Of a stretch of 64,000 bases of DNA, positions 61,528 to 64,000 are shown in pieces (the stretch's first letter is position 1; each line of letters begins with the position of its first letter). The stretch spans positions 434,001-498,000 of the forward strand of contig MU006090.1 of assembly GCA_010093705.1 (NCBI GenBank). The letters run 5' to 3'. Origin of the DNA: Patellaria atrata CBS 101060 (taxonomy: Eukaryota). The notes beneath the pieces were generated by a model. It ran no database searches. It was not told the DNA's origin and saw nothing but the letters and a program-made list of their open reading frames with translations. The position numbers and the translations under genes are program-made.

Positions 61528-61878
61528 GTGAAAGAAGATGTGAAAGCAAATAAGAAGTGCAATCCTAAAGAGACCTAAAGCAACTAATATAGACACAAGG
61601 AAATGTTTTTTAGGAGAGGGAAGACAACCCCAATATTCCAATCCAAGCCAAAGAAATCCACCCCGCTAGGCAAAAGGAAAAACAAACCTAGGGAATTGAT
61701 ACCAAAACAAACCAGTCCAGCCTAAGAATCATACAGTAATGAAGAGCAAACATGAAACAGATGAAGCAGGGAAACACATAAGAGGAGTGCTGGGACAATA
61801 TTTAAGAGGAATGAAATAAGGGTTCGATCGATATTCGCTCTTGATCTTTCGAATCAACCCAGCCTTGTGCGCAGTAGA

Positions 61879-63435
61879 TCATCCATCTGAATCCGAATTC
61901 GACATCACCACGTCTCCGGTTTCGACTTCCATAGGTTCAAAAGCTTCGAAACATAGCGAAGTTTCGGCGGGAAGGGGGGGAACGTCCCTCATTGTGAGAT
62001 CAAGAAATGGAATTTTATCACATGGGAATGGATAATCACGTGGATGAGCCCGCTTTCCCTTTCTTGCAGCAGTCAACAACTTGCGTTGACGAGTCTTAAA
62101 AGCTGGGGATTTGCGCTCCAGACGGGCCTGATAAAGGATCCTCTGAGCTAGGCTTGACCCCCGGTCGTTTGGTTTACGGCGCTTGTAGCTTCTCATCACC
62201 GGGCTTTGACAATCTTCATCGTCGAAATTCAATATCGATATGTTACGCTTGAAGGGGCCATGCACTATCAATGGAGATTGGATTACACCCTCCATCTCAT
62301 CAAGGTTTTCGTTTGTTGACCTTTCGTCAAGAAGCTCACCGAACACATATACAGGCGGAGCGTTTATATGACTCAAAGTTTGTCTTTGATCATCCAGTGC
62401 GTGAGGCCTGTCGCTTGCGTTTGAGATAATCTGAGCAAACCTTTGGTGAGCGATACGAACAGGGTGATGGTTCTCATCACTATAGATAGTGCTACTCTGG
62501 GGTGCCTGTAGCTTTTCCCTGTTGATGGCCAGTGCTTGATTTTCATCCTCGTGGACAATGCTTCTCTGGGGTGTCCGTGGCTCTTCCCTGTTGATGGCCG
62601 GTGTCTGGTTTTCTTCTAGAGTCATTGACCTCGACTGTCCGTATTCATTCTCACAGGATTCGACGATGTCATTCTCTCCAGGGATTGGTGAGTTATCGGT
62701 GGAGTTGTCGACATAAACCATGACGTTATTTGTGACTGGGGTTGTCGGACCATGGCTAACTGGAGAAGCTGGTCTATCATCATTAGTAAGATCAACGACT
62801 TCGATGGCGACGCTGTTTATGATGAGATGCTCTGGCTTCGCGTTGACCTTTCGTTCGAATCTCACGACAGCTTCTGCGGCTGGACTACCTTCCACTTCGA
62901 CGAACGTGTCATCTTGATATATTTCTGGCGTCTTGTCTTGGCCAAAACGTTCCATTGCCTTACGGAAGTTCAAGTCGTCGGCCTGTGTATCGGCAGCCTC
63001 CGAGTTGCGTGCCCTCTCTTCAGTTCCTTCGACCTGTTGCCGCATGGGTGTCGACTCATTCTGGAAAACCGGCGAGTTGGGCGGTAAGCAAGACCGGAGG
63101 TATCGATTTTCCTCCTCCAAATATTTGATCTTACCATCTTGCGCGCAGAGCTTGTCGTTGGCGTCGATCAACATCTTGCGTTGATCCTCGATATGTTTCA
63201 TCCACCCTGCATACTCGTTTGGTATGGCGGTGGAGGCTGGAAGGGCTTTAGGAGAGGTACTAGCGTAGAGACGATTGAGGGTTTCGATTAGATAGGGATC
63301 TTCAATTCGAGCTGGTTCATGTTAGTTGATCTTGTCATCAAGTGGAAACTTTGCAAGAGTCTTACGAGGGGTGTTGATGTTATTATTCGCACCAGGAGTG
63401 GGGCTTCTACTGTTCTTCTTTCCTTGGCTGCTCAT
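61879..63435 (-). CDS. Hypothetical (orphan-like) protein with coiled coil, internal 23-aa repeat and basic NLS-like segment; exons 63435-63366, 63311-61879
   Basis: ATG in ACAAAATG context at 63435. A 54-nt intron 63312-63365 (GTAAGA..CTAAC..CAG) removes an in-frame TAA and joins the long ORF. Coiled-coil-like KHIEDQRKMLIDANDKLCAQDGKIKYLEEENRYLRS; YKRRKP. Confidence 0.65.
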
Positions 63436-63659
63436 TTTGTCGTGTTTTGTGATGGTGGGAGAATTGGATGTGTGAAGATGGGATATGTGGGACGACGGTC
63501 TATTGTGGGAAGGCGGTCGACGTAAGAAAGAGGTTGATGCGGGAAGGCGATTGATGTGAGAAGATGTCTAATGTGGGAGGGTGTGAGGTATGTGAGTACT
63601 TCTTAAGTTTTTAAGAAGTTGAATATATCGAAGAGTTCTGCCAAGAGGAAGATTGCTTT

Positions 63660-64000
63660 CAAGGACTTAGACAATGTTAGATGGATATCAAGTATGGCGA
63701 GGATGAGTGAGGGGTATTACCAAAAGAGCTTGGAGATTAGATGAGGTTCAACTCTGCAATACTTTGGTATTGATGATGGTATTGTTGATGTTGATGTCAC
63801 GATGCTTAAGATTTGACTATCAAGAACCTATGCGATGTCAGATAGGTGTCAGGTTTGAAGATGTCGACTGATTGGTATTACCAAAAGAGCTTAGGATAGA
63901 TGGGGTTGAGGGACGCAATACCCGGGATTGACAATGATATCTTTGATGATGGTTGATGATGGGTGTATCAATGATATTAAGAAGAAGGACAATGTCACTG
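63660..64000. repeat. Degenerate tandem duplication with period about 161 nt, running toward the window edge
   Basis: GGTATTACCAAAAGAGCTT at 63713 and 63874, with similar flanks (ATGT.AGAT.G upstream; GCAATAC and TTGATG downstream). Confidence 0.7.

Noticed and set aside
63312..63365. Apparent premature TAA upstream of the 440-aa ORF suggesting a pseudogene or readthrough
   Set aside because: The TAA lies within a canonical 54-nt intron (it is part of the CTAAC branch site).

Overview
Eukaryotic DNA from a filamentous ascomycete (Pezizomycotina): short 47-120 nt GT-AG introns with CTAAC/CTGAC branch sites. The ORF track splits most genes at their introns, so I rebuilt the exon structures by hand. 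Left to right the window holds: a protein-kinase-fold (probable pseudokinase) gene running off the left edge, which the ORF track misses; an FLC/TRP-family membrane protein; a secreted beta-propeller protein; glycerol kinase; a DUF3429 mitochondrial membrane protein; cytosolic Hsp70 with heat-shock elements; EMI1-like; VPS13 (one apparent GC-AG intron); Dsc2-like; PrnX/ornithine-cyclodeaminase-like; a divergent pair of LaeA-like methyltransferase and FAD monooxygenase; DLT1-like; APD1-like ferredoxin; an OB-fold protein resembling vertebrate Shieldin subunit SHLD2; and AHA1. The right end looks more accessory: a disrupted TPR-SET gene, a GPI-anchored Ser/Thr-rich protein, an orphan gene and several degenerate repeats. 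The most interesting candidate is the SHLD2-like protein (49573-50718), which suggests a fungal Rev7-linked Shieldin-like module. I recognised no tRNA, rRNA, CRISPR array or intact transposon. All family assignments are motif recognition from memory, not database searches.
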